Assembly: GCA_001643675.2 (NCBI GenBank)
Contig: LSRY02000031.1
Span: 1 to 64,000 of the forward strand
DNA length: 64,000 nucleotides
Direction of reading: 5' to 3'
Source of the DNA: Monocercomonoides exilis PA203
Taxonomy: Eukaryota > Protista > Preaxostyla
Below, one piece after another: positions 44,683 through 57,803 of this stretch. The translations under genes were made by a program, and so were the position numbers. The first letter of the stretch is position 1; every line of letters begins with the position of its first letter. The notes under the pieces are model-generated. The model saw only the letters and a list, made by a program, of their open reading frames with translations. It was not told the DNA's origin and ran no database searches.

Positions 44683-47600
44683 TTAATCCTTCATTTCTTG
44701 TCCCTTGTCATCGCTCTCTTCATTTCTTGATCTCTTTTTCTTCACAACAACAATTACAATCACTATCACCACAACTGCTACCACAACGATAATCGGAACG
44801 ATAACAGCAACTGCAATTACTCCAGAATTTCCCTCTGATTTGTTTTTCTTTCCCTGGTTCGGCTCCGACTCTGGAACTGGCTCTGGCTGAGGCTGAGGTT
44901 GTGGCTCTGGATGAGGCTGAGGTTGTGGCTCTGGCTCTGGCTTTGGATCCTTTTTTCCTTTTATATACTTCTCATACACACCCTCAGGCTCTGATTCTGC
45001 ATCTTTTGCTCCCTCAATCCACCCAACAGTGGAATCATCATAATCATTCGCAAACGCAAAGGCATCTTCTTGTTTGCAGAACTTTTCGAAGTCTGGAGCA
45101 ATGATGAACAGAGAAGTTGTTTTTGAGCCAGCTGTGTTTGAGCTGTCGATCTCCAGGTTGTGTTCTGATGGGAGTTTCAGATTCGATGTTGCCTTAGGCA
45201 TCTCAATGAATATTGCTCCTGATTTCCCTTCTGGTGCTGAACACGACTTGAATGAGCATTTGCTTGACCTTCCAATGGCCACTCTTGATTCTTCTGAACT
45301 GAGGGTGATATCCAACCCTGCTGCTGCTCCTTTCTCCGATTTCACTTCATTCATGTTCAATCCTTCGATTGACACCTTCGAAGATGAATCGCTCTTATCT
45401 CTGATGCTGATTGCTGCTCCACTTTCCAAGTTCACTTTGTTGATGTCCATTCCCCTCAATGACACCTTTCTGGCTCCTGAAAATGAAAATGGTGATGATG
45501 AAAATGTCACAAATGAGGTCTCATCTGTGCATTTCACTGTGTCCATTTCCACACTTCCAGATGTCACACTCACAAGACTGCTTGTCAAGGAACTGTTTCC
45601 ATCATCATTTGAATTCATTCCTTCTTGTGTTTGTGATCCAATTCTGACAAATCGACATGTCGATATTTTCAAAGATATTGAATCATATCCAGCACAAATT
45701 AATAAGTCCCAGTTCTTTTCTGTTGAAGAGAATTGGAATGCCAAATACTTGAATTCCACAGTTTTCTGGCAAGAAAAGAGAATTGATGAAACAGAAACAT
45801 CACAATTAATTGCCACTTCTGTATTTCCCTTTCCATTGTCATTCACTCCTTCAATTGTTATTCCATAGTTGGCTGAGAATATGATCCCTTCAGCCTTCAC
45901 AGGATCTGCAGTTTTGACAATGTCAATGAAACATTTTCCACTTTTTTCTAAATAATAATAGGCATCGTATATGCTATTTATTGCAAATTCAACATTGATT
46001 CCATTTCCATTCCCTCCATTTTTCACAAATGCTCTTTCCATATTTTCTGGTATTTGAGGAGGTGCATCGAAAAATAAAGCTGTGAAATCAAAAAATTGAT
46101 CAATTTCTCTGTTATATCCAAGAACATTCCACCTATTATCCAATCGCTTGTAATCAGCTGCAAAACTTAACTTCATTGAATCTGCAATATCCTTGAACAA
46201 AAAGTTATCATTCATCTCCAATAATAGTCCAGTATTTCTCTTTTCTCCATTATAAGCAGCTGAACAGTTCTGAAAAACAAGATTCTTTCCATCTTTTGGC
46301 CATTTAAGTTGAGATGCAAATTGAATGTTAGGTATGTCCAAATATATTCCTCCTGAATTTCCATTTGTACAACTGCATGAAGTGAAAGATGAAACTCCTC
46401 CATCTCCCACTGTGAACGTGCTTTCACTGCTTTCACCATAAATAGATAATATACCATAATCTCCAGCTTGACATTCAGTGAAACTGCAGTTATTCATGAT
46501 AACATGCAATTTATATAAATAATATCCAAATATATAAACAATTGCACCACCACCAGAAATTTTGTTCAAACTCATATTTTTCAATGAAACTGTTTCTGAA
46601 TCATGGGAATAAAAAACATTCCTGGAGAATGATACAATGTTGCTGTCATCAACGCATTCCACACTGTCCATATAAAAATTTCCACCATCAGTATACACGA
46701 GAATAAGATTAACAAATTCCCCATTTAATGATGGATGGACAAATTGACAATTACTAATTGTGAGATTCGAAGAACATCCATGAATCAGAACATCACTGTT
46801 GGATCCACCTAATGACATCGGATAATGGAATGCCAAGTACTTAAATTCAGTATCTCCATTGCAATAAAATAAATTTCCACCTGGGTTCACATCACAATCA
46901 ATTGCCACCTCTGAATTTCCTTCTCCGTTTTCGTTGACACCTTCTATTATAATTCCACTTGCAACTTCAAATGAGATGGCTTCGGCTTTGATAGCTTCAT
47001 CTGTTTTGACAATGTCGATTTTACACACTCCATTCTTATTCAAGTGATCGTATGCTTCGCAAATACTACCTGTTGCTGATTCAACATTGATTCCATTTCC
47101 AGTTCCGTCATTTTTGACAAACACTGTTGTGAAATTATCTGGCTTTGGAGGATCAAAATATGTGCAAACAAAATCAATCTCTTTCATCATATCGTTATTG
47201 TCATATCCAACAACGCTCCATCTGTTATCCTTCCGAGTGTAATCAGCTGCAAAACTTGCCTTCATTGCATCTGCTGCATCTTTATACAAAGAACCATTTT
47301 TCATTCGAATGAACAATCCAGTATTTCTCTTCGAACCATAGAACATCGCTGAGCAATTCTGAAATATCAAATTCCTTCCATCTTTTGGCTATTTCAGTTG
47401 AGATGAAGACATGATATTTGACATTGATAAATAGATTCCACCAGATTTGGTATCGTATCCACTGCTGCTGCAAGATGTGAAAGACGTAACTCCACCATCT
47501 CCAATTGCAAATGTGCTTTCACCGTTGTAGCTCGAAACGTATAATATTCCATTACTTCTTGTTTGACATTCAGTGAATGTGCAGTTATTCAAAGCCATAT

Positions 47601-48336
47601 CTAATTTGTCATAATATCCTCCGTTTGTACAAACAATTGAATTAGAACTTGATATTTTTTTCATCGTCACATTCGTCAATGTTACTGAATGAGAATTAAT
47701 GGCATAATAAACAATACAAGAAAATGATACATTTTGAATTTCATCAACACATTCAACATTGATCATATATAAATTCCCACCATCCACATATACAAGACAA
47801 TTACCCACAGTTCCCCCGTTTGATGTCGGTCGAATAAATTGACAATTTCTAATTGTCAGATTGCAATTACTTATACAAATCAATGAATCATCTGATGATC
47901 CTCCCAAAGATAGAGGAAAATGGAACGCAAAGAACTTATATTCTGTATCTCCATTACATGTGAAAAGATTTCCTTTTGAATTCACATCACAATCAATTGC
48001 AACCATTGTGTTTCCATTTCCATCGCTGTTAATTCCTTCAATGGTGATTCCTTGATTTTTGTTGAGAGTTAATGTCTCTGCTGTAAGTGCAGTTGTATCA
48101 TTGATAACATAGATCTTGCAAGCTTCTTCTTCACCTAACAGATCATATGCACTGTTCAATGATTTCTTTTCCTGTCCGATCGCTGTGCCAGTGTTGGTGT
48201 CACTTCCACTTTGCTTCACGTAAACTGCATATATCTCTGCTGCATTTACTGTTTGTGCTGTTATCGGTGTAAAAATTTGAAAAACAAAGATCATGAGTTT
48301 TGATGTTTCTTGAACTACAACACAAACGATCAACAC
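44683..48336 (-). pseudogene. Host type-I membrane surface protein, beta-helix/pectin-lyase-like, three internal repeats, one in-frame TAG at 47389-47391
   Basis: Three units beginning (Y/F)VK..G...AY..L...EG(I/V)N..G.GN..VAI(D/N)CDV, a PEP/PQP stalk, C-terminal TM helix and basic tail. QLK*PKDG aligns with QLKWPKDG in the next repeat. The 5' end is uncertain (possible intron). Confidence 0.8.
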
Positions 48337-50236
48337 AACCTTAATACAAGCATAAACCTAACTCAATCTATGGTTGGGATCCAATTGATGAGTATTTTAT
48401 ATACTTTATCATCATCATTAATATACTCATATATAAACCTTTTCAATTTATCTCTCTTTTTTTCAAATAACAAACAAAACTGTATTAATCATAAGTTATC
48501 TCCCACTTCTTGTATTATGATTTTGAACAATCTTATGACATATTGTTTATAAATTAACAAAAATATAATTTTTCCAATCTTTTCACTCACACAAGAAACC
48601 TGAAGTTTTTTTTTAAAAACCAATAATATCTCACCATTTTTAATATTATTTTAATCTGTATTTGATAATTCAAACAAGAACATATCTTTGGATTTCTTGA
48701 CTATTCATGGAAAAATAAAAACGACAACTGATTGGCATGGATGATATTCATATAATTCTTAAATGATCTATCAATAATTGAATTGAAGAAATGATTTATT
48801 TATTTTGAAATATGATTTTTTAATAAAATATGAAACCTCATAAACAACAATGAAGAGAATTCAAAAATACAATACAGATTCAAAAAGGAGTTTTTAAACG
48901 ATAATTGATTTGTCACAATTTTTGAAAAATAAGAAGTATCATCGAATGACAGTCATTTCAGAACTTCATTCCAATGTCAAACTTCACAGAGTTGGACAAC
49001 CCAGAGAGTTTTCATGAAGCCCTTGAAACGTTTCTTCCATTTGAAGCAGAGAAGAATGAAGGTCTTATTGCAGTCATTTGCTCCAGTGACAGTTGTTGAA
49101 AGCTGAATCTCAAGATAATTGATGATATAACAGTTTATTCAAAAAAAAGGACTGCAACTGATACAAATGGTAAAATATATTCTGATTATTGTTTATTTGG
49201 CTGTCTTATTCTCATATTTTTTGTAGGAATTGTCTGGCAAAGAAACGAATTTGAAAGAAGTCTTTGAAGAGATAGAGGATGAAGAGAAATGAGGATTTGA
49301 GTGAAATGATGTATTGAGAACAGGAAATGTTTTGTGAGGAAGGATATCCCAGATAACAAAAGACACAATCGTGATGAAGAGGGCTTTCTCATCGCATCAT
49401 GAAAAATCAGTCTTCTTTGAGAACTTATATGTTTTGGTGTAAATGAAAAGCAATGTGAAATGAACACTTCTGATGGCACTTATGAATGAAAAAAAGAAGA
49501 GAATGTCATTGCTCATTCGATCACTTTTTCAAAGAAACAGAGAAGAATAAGAAATCACTATCAAAAAAACAAATTGGAGTGTTGATCAGTCATTTCCTTC
49601 AGCTTTGGATCCACTCATTAGGAGATCTATCAATTCCAAATGGAATGTTTATGAGGTTGTAAAAACAGAATTGGAAAGTTTTCATTGGCTGTTTCTTCTG
49701 CCTCTATTGAACAAAAAAACAGACGCAATCTGTCCAACAAATCTCTCAAAATGGTGATTATTTTTCATTGTTTTGTTGCTTATCTTTCATCCTTTTTGAT
49801 GACTTTTGAAGAGCTTCAAAGACAAAAAGATTTCATTCGAAATTCTTCTTTGAAAATGATTCTTTTTCTGACTTGATGTTTATTAACAGAATGTTGATTT
49901 CTTTTCACATTTCCTTTTTGGATGTCAAACTGTCTCTTTTTCAAATTCGAATTTTTAATTTGTTTTTTTCAGATGAATGACTGTTTTTTTGTGTATTTTC
50001 AATGATGATGAGTGTTTGTCAAAAATATGAAAAAATTAATATTTTGTCAGAATGAAAATGAAATGATAATTTTGTCAGTGCTTTTATCAAAAAGGCTTCA
50101 AATGTTGATGTGTGTGCAGAATAGTTTTTTTGAATGAAAATTGCATTTGCACATGGTAAATATCTTTCCGAGAAAAAGAATCCAAAAATTCAAATAAAGC
50201 CATTGGAATGCTCGCTTCAATGTTTATTTCTCACTT

Positions 50237-53200
50237 TTGATGCTCTCATTTATGTTTTCTCCATTTTTCTCTCAGCATTTTCTCTCTCTCATTTTTTTTT
50301 TATTCTTCCTCATCCCCCAGCTTCACCGAATTGATCCCCATCCCGATCTGCCCTCCCTGATACGTCCCTCTCTTCAGCTTCGTCTTCGCTGCCCTGAATC
50401 CTTTTCCCCGAGTCTGCAGCAGCTTCTCCGACGCCTTCTTGCCCCACGCCTCGCCTTTCATCTCGAAGCTGTTGTCTGCCAGCCGCGGGTCAGTAATCAC
50501 ATACTTGGACGGAGGAAGGGGGTGCGGCGAGAGGGAGAGGGAGAGGGAGAAGGAGAAGGAGAAATGGAAGGAGAAGGAGATGATTCGTTATTGTTGGCTG
50601 AGGATGAGCTGGGAGCAAGATTTGGGTTTGATATCATTTTGTTGTTGTTCTTCTTTTCTGAAGAAGAGGTGGATGAAGAAGAAGATTCTGATTCTGAATC
50701 AGAAGAATCAGAGGAAGAATAAGAAGAGGAAAAGGAAAAAAAAAGAGGAAAAGTCGGAAGTTGAATTTTTTATGTCAGAATTTTTCTTCACAGGAATTCC
50801 TGCCTTTTGCTTCTTCTCATTCTTCTTCTCTTTCTCTTTTTTCATATATCGACTCTTTGTCTGAAAAAAACCCTTCTTCATGTTTTCCCTTTGCTCGAGA
50901 ACGGCGAGCTTTCGCGACTGGTTGATCTTTCTGATCCGAATGTAGATGCTGTGCTTGTTTCGCCTGTAGGACTGGTATCAGACGTGGTGAGGTCTCTGAA
51001 AAAGCTTCTTGTGGCTGGCGCAGCTCTGCAGTTGTCTCTTTGGTCAATGCCTTTGTCTTTTTCGTCTGTTTCGCCATTCAGAAAGCGGAGAAGTGAAGAG
51101 AAGAAATCTTCAGAGAATGATAATCCATCATCTTCATCTTCGTCATCAGCGCCTGCGATTGACCCTTCGGATGCATCTGCGGTGGCTGCGTCATTCACAT
51201 CGGCTGGAGCGATGGACGACATCGAGAGGCGGCTGGGGTGTATGAAAATCACAGACAGTCGTTACTGAGGGAGAAACAGACGCTTCGAATGATTTGTTGT
51301 GGCTCGGCGGGCGGTGCTGTATGGGGGTGTTGTGTGTGCGTACGATGTGGCGCTTTCGGCGATGCTTTTGGTTCCGCTGGTCGCCCCGCTTCCGTCGCTT
51401 GCAGCGTCGGTGTGTACGAAGTCGGGGAGCAAGCGGATCTTTGCAGCTGCAGATGTGAATGCTTTCCCGTCGATCTACGATCTGTTTGACCAGTCGCTGC
51501 AAATATGGTGTTCGCCGCAGTCGAGGCGTGTGGCGGTGAAGCTGGATGACGAAGTGATGAGGCGAGGGGTTGCAGTGTGCGAAGTGGGGCAGATTGTGGA
51601 GAAAGGGTTGGAGGTAGTAATGCTGAGGATCGTGCCATGTAATTTTCTTGTTAACAACAGTTGTGGTGTGTATGATGGAGGAGGAGGAGGAGGAGGAGGA
51701 GGAGATGAAGAAGAAGATGAAGCGGGAGAATGCGAAGTCGGAGGTTGTGAAGAGATGATCGGAGTCCAACATGCCACTGCAAAGGATCTGACATAACAAT
51801 CAAATTACGAAGCGGATGAGCTGCTGGTTGAGCAGATGTAGGAGAATGACAAGATCATCCTGACAAATCAGAGGAAGATTCTGGTGCTGAGCAAGAAGAA
51901 CAACACAGAGGTGAAGGGAGTGAAGGAGCAGCTGGTGGCGATGAAGGAGAAGACGAAGTGCGTCTGTGTGGGGATCAGCAAGAGATTAGAGAAGAAAGAA
52001 GTTGGGACAAATGGAAGAGGAAGTGGAAGAGCAGATGCAACGGAGCAGCAGAAGATGAACAAGATGGAGAAGGAAACGAAGATGCTGATGGCTCCGTCGA
52101 AAGTGCATGTGCAGACTATAAGCAAGCATAAGGAGCTGTTCAAGGAGGTGATTGAGAATCAGAAGACTACGCTTGCGTAATAGAAGCAGGAGCAGAAAGA
52201 AATGAAGGCGTCGCATGAAGAGACAATGGAATAGCTGGTTGTTGGGCAGTTGAAGGAGCTGGAAGAGTAGACGGGGAGTGGAAAATTTATTGGTGGAAGG
52301 GAATGTGTGACAGAGGAGAAATGAGTAAGTGAGAGGGATGGGACGAGGATGAAAAGGAGGAGGAACAGAAACGGAGGCGGAGAATATGAGGAAGCGAAGG
52401 AGGGTGAAAATGCAGAAGAAAGAGATGCGAGCGTGCTATTTGGGATTCCGCTGTTGCCGTGAAAAGAACCGAAGAGAAAGGACGAAGATTGGAGGTAAAC
52501 AGAAGTTCCAATAGAAGTTAATAAAAAGGAAGGGAAGACGAGTGTTGTGCAGCGGCTGTTCATGCTTCTTGAGCAGACGACAGACAAAAGAGACTGGGAA
52601 GAGTCGGAATGATCTGTAATGAAGTTTGGCGGAACGTGGGCAGAGTTGTATGATGCAGTTTGTGTGCCTTTGCCGGTGGGGTCGACAGCAATGGAGCTGC
52701 TGATAAAAACAGTCTCTGAGTAGCTGGAACAGGTGGAGAACAGAATTGAACATATGCTTCGGATGCCGACCACGAAGCGGTCATCTGTGCTGATATAGCG
52801 GCTGCAGTCGTCGCAAGTGTGGAAACTGTTGTGGATTCTGTGGATATTCGGAGACAAGATCGCAACAGGCTTGTGTGAGGGCAGCGCTGTGTTAGTGGAA
52901 GATGCTGTTACAAGGCTGTGGCTTGGAGACTTTGTGAACATGTGGCTGGGGTAAAAGCACGCGGCGCAGAAGAAGAGTGAGGCGGTGCGGTGGGAGATGA
53001 TCTAGGGGATCGAGCTGTTTCGTAAAAACTTTGCGGAGGTGTGGTTGTTTGTGAAGTGGGTGCCAGAGTAATTTGCGAAAGGTGAGCTGTATTTCTTCCT
53101 GCACTGAATCACGGTGCTGTTTGAAGATGAGCAGCAGCAGCAGACGATGAAAGAGAAAGAGGATTTCCTGATGGCTTCGTTCCAAATGCGTTTAAAGTGC

Positions 53201-54061
53201 ATCAACGCTGTGCTTGATGGGGTATCGGAGAAGAAAATTCAGATGTTTTTTTGGAAGTTTGAGTGGCTGCAGCCGGGAAGGTGGATGGAGACGCTCAGAG
53301 TTTCTGGGGTTTTTGCAGAACTACAACAGAGTGGAAGCAATGAAGCGGAAAGAGGCGATGAAAGCGCTGTATGATGCGATACGTTGAGGCTTTCCATCGA
53401 CTTCATCGATTTCATCTTCATCAACGATATCATAGTCACCAGGGGCAGTGAGAAGAGGGATCACGTACTCAGAGCGGGGCCTCTTCTGTGTGTGTTATCC
53501 GCAGATGCCACAGGCGCTGTTGCTGCAGATCTTTCTGGATGCATTCAGAATATCTGGCTGCTGTCTGCCGTAGTTGGCGTCGGTGCTTGAGGAATGAAAA
53601 CACAATGGCTTCCTCACACTGTATGTTATGCATCCAGATGTGTGCGATGCTGCCAACTGCAGATCTCCTCTATTTCTATCAGAGAACAATGTGGTTGTGA
53701 AGACGGTTAGCCGGAGCTGGATGATCGGGTGAGGATGCTTTCGTGGTGTCAGAGGAGGCATGGCTGAATCGAAGTGTTGATGTTTGTGCAGTCGGCTGTG
53801 AGTGATGTTCCTGATGGTGATGATGCTGACAGAGCTGATACGTCCGCAGCTGGGGAGGAAAGAGGTGGAACGTGCAATTTTCTTTGGGCTGCCACTTGGG
53901 AACGGGCATCGTGTGGAGCTGTATCACGAACCGAAGACATTGAAGAAGGAGCAGAAGCTATGCTTAGCTATGTTTCTCAATTACGTGCTTCGAAAGCGCA
54001 GGACAAACAAGTTCTGATGGAGAAAGAGATGGCGATAAACAATATGCTCCAATCCTTTTAG
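50237..54061 (+). pseudogene. GC-richer decayed coding region(s), function unassigned
   Basis: Coding-like composition with many short stop-interrupted ORFs and a coiled-coil segment (51884-52200). Confidence 0.35.
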
Positions 54062-55702
54062 TGAGCACTGGATGTGATCGATCATTTGATTAGCCTGTCA
54101 GCTTTATCTTCCTAATTGTCATTCTCTTCTTTATCTTCTTCTTCCTCTTCTATCTCCTGTTTCTTGTCGCATTCATTTTCTTTCAAAGTATTTTTTGAAA
54201 GAAATAAATATTTAGTCAACATTGAGAATGTTAAGTCTTCTTTCTTCATATTTCTAAAAAATAATAGAAAAGAAGAAGGAGGTAGAAGAAGAAGGAGGTT
54301 GAAGAAGAAGGAGGTTGAAGAAGAAGGTGAAAAAGAAGAAGGTGAAAAAGAAGAAGGTTAAGTATTTTCAAATTGATTTTATTTCATATTTCGGTATTTT
54401 TCTTGAAGCAAAAAAAAAGTTGATGATGAAAGTGAATCAAACCGATTTCATCCTTTCAATATTTTCCGAACACACATTTTTGAAGGATTCAATATCTGAG
54501 CGATAAATATGCTTGATGAAACTGAATCTGTAACAACTGGAGCTAAATGATTAATTTCTAAAATTATTCTTTTTCTCCTTCTGATATAATTTCTTCATCT
54601 TCTTCAATTTTTTTTTGTACTGGCTGCTGTTAGAGAATCAGACATCTCCAAAAGTCTGAGTAAAAGTCAGTGATTATGATTCTTGAATCTTTCCAGATTT
54701 TTTTATAATGGCCATAATATATGAGGAAAAGATAAATTCGAATTGTTACTGAAATAAAACTACAGAAGATGTGATTGAAAATACCTGTAATCAACGTGAT
54801 GAGATTTATGTTGAAGGGAAAAATAAGAGATCGTTCGGCATTGAAGCTGTATAAGCAAGATAGATTTCAACGAATTGGCAAATAAATAATTCGTGTTTAA
54901 TATTCATTGAAAAAGATGATTCTTGAATTGACGCTCGCCTTTGAAAAAGATTCGTCCCATCTGTGTCTATATAACGCTCTCTGGGCTCTTTTGTCTTTAT
55001 ACACTTTTGTTCCCTTTGTGATTTTCCAAATAATTATTTTGTCACGGCATTATCTTCTTTTCAGTAACTTCTTCGCCTTTGCACTATGGTTCCGTTCATC
55101 TTCTCTGAAACTGTCCTCAATCACTCAATTTCAGAACTATTTTTCTCATTCCTTCCCAAAAAATATCCATTTTTTTCGCACTCTTCATGCCTTTTTCTTG
55201 AACTAACTGTTTTCCCTTCTTTCTCTCTTTCATTATCTTTCTTTTTCGATTCATTTGAAAATAATAACAATCATCAATAAAGCCATAATTTATTATTTCG
55301 AAGATATTTTCTTTTCCTCAACGACAATCCATTCTATTATTCATGATAAGATTCAAAGATTGAAAAGATAAAAACATTCAAGAAAGAATATCCCATATTT
55401 GAATTGTTTGACAATTGAGATAAAGATGCAAATATTTCATACGAAGGTCTAGCAGTTTTTTATTTTTTCGCTATCTCTTTCTTTTTATTTGATGATAAAT
55501 AATTTAACAATCTGATTGCGTGGAAAAACTAACTTATATTTTTGTTGAATATTTTTTTTTTCGTTACATAAGTCTCTGTTTACAGGGAATTTTTCTGGTC
55601 TGAAATTATTCTTTTCTTTCATGAAATAGTGATTTTTCATCAACTTTTGCAGAATTTGTTTCTGAACTTGAGCTCTGTACAGATGCAACGCTTAACCAGA
55701 AA

Positions 55703-56977
55703 ATGGACGAAATATGTGAAGTGATGGAAGAAATGAGTGAAAATGAGATTTTCAGTGTTGCAACTACAGAATTGTTAGACCAAATTGATAAAATGATTGA
55801 ACAAAAGAAAATAACTCTTGAAAAAGTGTTTTCATTATTGAAACGAATTAAGTTGTGGGAAGTATTGGATTATTCAAAGAATATGATATTTGAAGAGTCG
55901 CTTTTACGTAAAAGATTTGAAAAAATGATCGCTGAGGAAAAAAAGAAGAAAGAAGAAATGAATGCAAAGCTTCTGACTGAACTTTGCGAGAATTATCTAT
56001 CTTTGTCATTTACGAATAGCCGCGGTTTTAAAGAAATATCTAGCATTTGCCTTCCTTGTATTCTTAATGATGCACTTGAAAATGAAGAAAGTGGAAAAAC
56101 TCAAAAAGATATTGAACTTGCTTTTGTGGCTCTCGTAAAAGTCAGTCTTGCGAGGGTATGTTGCAAATTATTTTATTTTTGATTAAATTATTCTTTAACT
56201 TGTTTGAAAAAGAACTTAAAGAAAGAACAATATATGAGTGAGATAACAAGAATAATCAAATATCATCAAGAACATCGTAATATGACGAAACTTGCATATC
56301 AATGTGCTTGGCAGTTTTTGACAATCCGAGTTTTTCATGACTGTGGATTGAAAAGTACAATAATGAGTGAACTGAATTTTTCAAGTGAAGTTGTTGGAGA
56401 ATTGAAAGAATTGATAGAAAGTGTGGAGTGGAGAAGAAATGAATTCAAGTTAAATGAAGTTAGAAATTCTCGGGTTGTGATGAAATGGTTGCATTTATTC
56501 ATGATTTTTGATTTTCAACAATTACTCCAAATGTGTGATATTTGTAGACTTATTGCATTGATTGTCTGGTTGCATAACGAAACAAAATGCATCCATGAAG
56601 ATATTGCATCGCGTTGCTTGTCTGCCATTGTGAGTATTGCGAAATACAAAAATATAACTCTTCACAGTTTATTGAGCTATGGAGCTGTTAATATGTTTTT
56701 GTTTGTTTTCTTCGAATCAACTTTGCACAATTCAACAATAAAAAAGTGTTTGGAATTTTTAAAAATACTTTTAGAAAAATTAAATGGGGGGATGGAAGAA
56801 AAAGATGAAGTTGATGATGATGAAAAAACGGAAAAAGTGACAAGAAGAAGGATAAGAGAAGTATTTGAGGAAATGGGATTCGAAGATATTACCAACAGCT
56901 TTTTTGAAAGACCAATTGAATTGAATAATGATTTGAATAAGTTAATTGGTCTTTTTGTTTATTTTGCACATTGTTAA
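55703..56977 (+). CDS. Host all-helical (ARM/HEAT-like) protein of an expanded lineage-specific family, intron near 56156-56213
   Basis: Two adjacent ORFs separated by GTATGT...AG. Motifs ICLPCIL..AL..EE and IIKYHQEHRNMTKLAYQCAW. There may be upstream exons. Confidence 0.6.
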
Positions 56978-57803
56978 ACTATTGATTGAAGTTCAAGAAA
57001 AAGTAAAATTGAAACTTTCCCAGATTCTCATCATCTTTTTCCTTGTCATTTTTTTACAATTATTTTAAATGCTCTCTCAATTAATCAAAATTTTATAATC
57101 TCACAAAATAGATGAAGAAAATTGTGCACAGTAGAATTCTTTTTTCTTAAATGGCATTCAAAAGAGACAATTTTGTGTTCATCTAAAAGTCTGAAATAGA
57201 CTTTGTGGAAAAGGAAGCCAGTCAGTTTTCTTCAGCTCCACGTGTTTTCAAGAAGTGGAGAAGAAATGTGAAAACGATTAATCTTGAAAAAATGAAAGTG
57301 TTACAAATCAAAGAAACTGTTTTGGTTTTCTTTCGTTTCGTTTTTCTTTTTCAGATATTAACGAACTCTTAAAAAATATTAAAAAGTGCACAAATTTATC
57401 AAATAAATTCGTGAAATTTATTTTAAAAATAAATATATATTATTCATAATACGGCACTTAGAATTCAACAAATTTTTAGCCATGAACAAGAAAATAGTAA
57501 TTGTATCTCTCCTATTTTTGAAGTTCTCTAAATATCTTTTAAATGAACCGTACATTACAGTATATTCAAACCAAATAATCTCATAAATTCATATTCTTTG
57601 AATTTTTCATCTATTTAATTGGAAGGAATCCGATTTACAGATAATTGAATGTTCAAAAACTCAAAAATACATAACTGTATAAAAATCAAAGCAATAAACA
57701 ATGGATAAATTTGAAAATGAAGAAATAAAATAAAATAAATATTTTCAGAAAAATTTTCACTCATTGGGTAATCAGAACAAAAAATTTTATTTTAGCATCC
57801 TTT

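Noticed and set aside
45074-45868. Long antisense ORFs (e.g. 45074-45868, 37290-37937, 52159-52941, 40929-41327)
   Set aside because: Shadows of real or decayed coding sequence on the opposite strand, with no independent motifs.
50237-54061. Assigning a protein family (kinase, dynein) to the GC-rich decayed region
   Set aside because: No diagnostic motif could be read with confidence.
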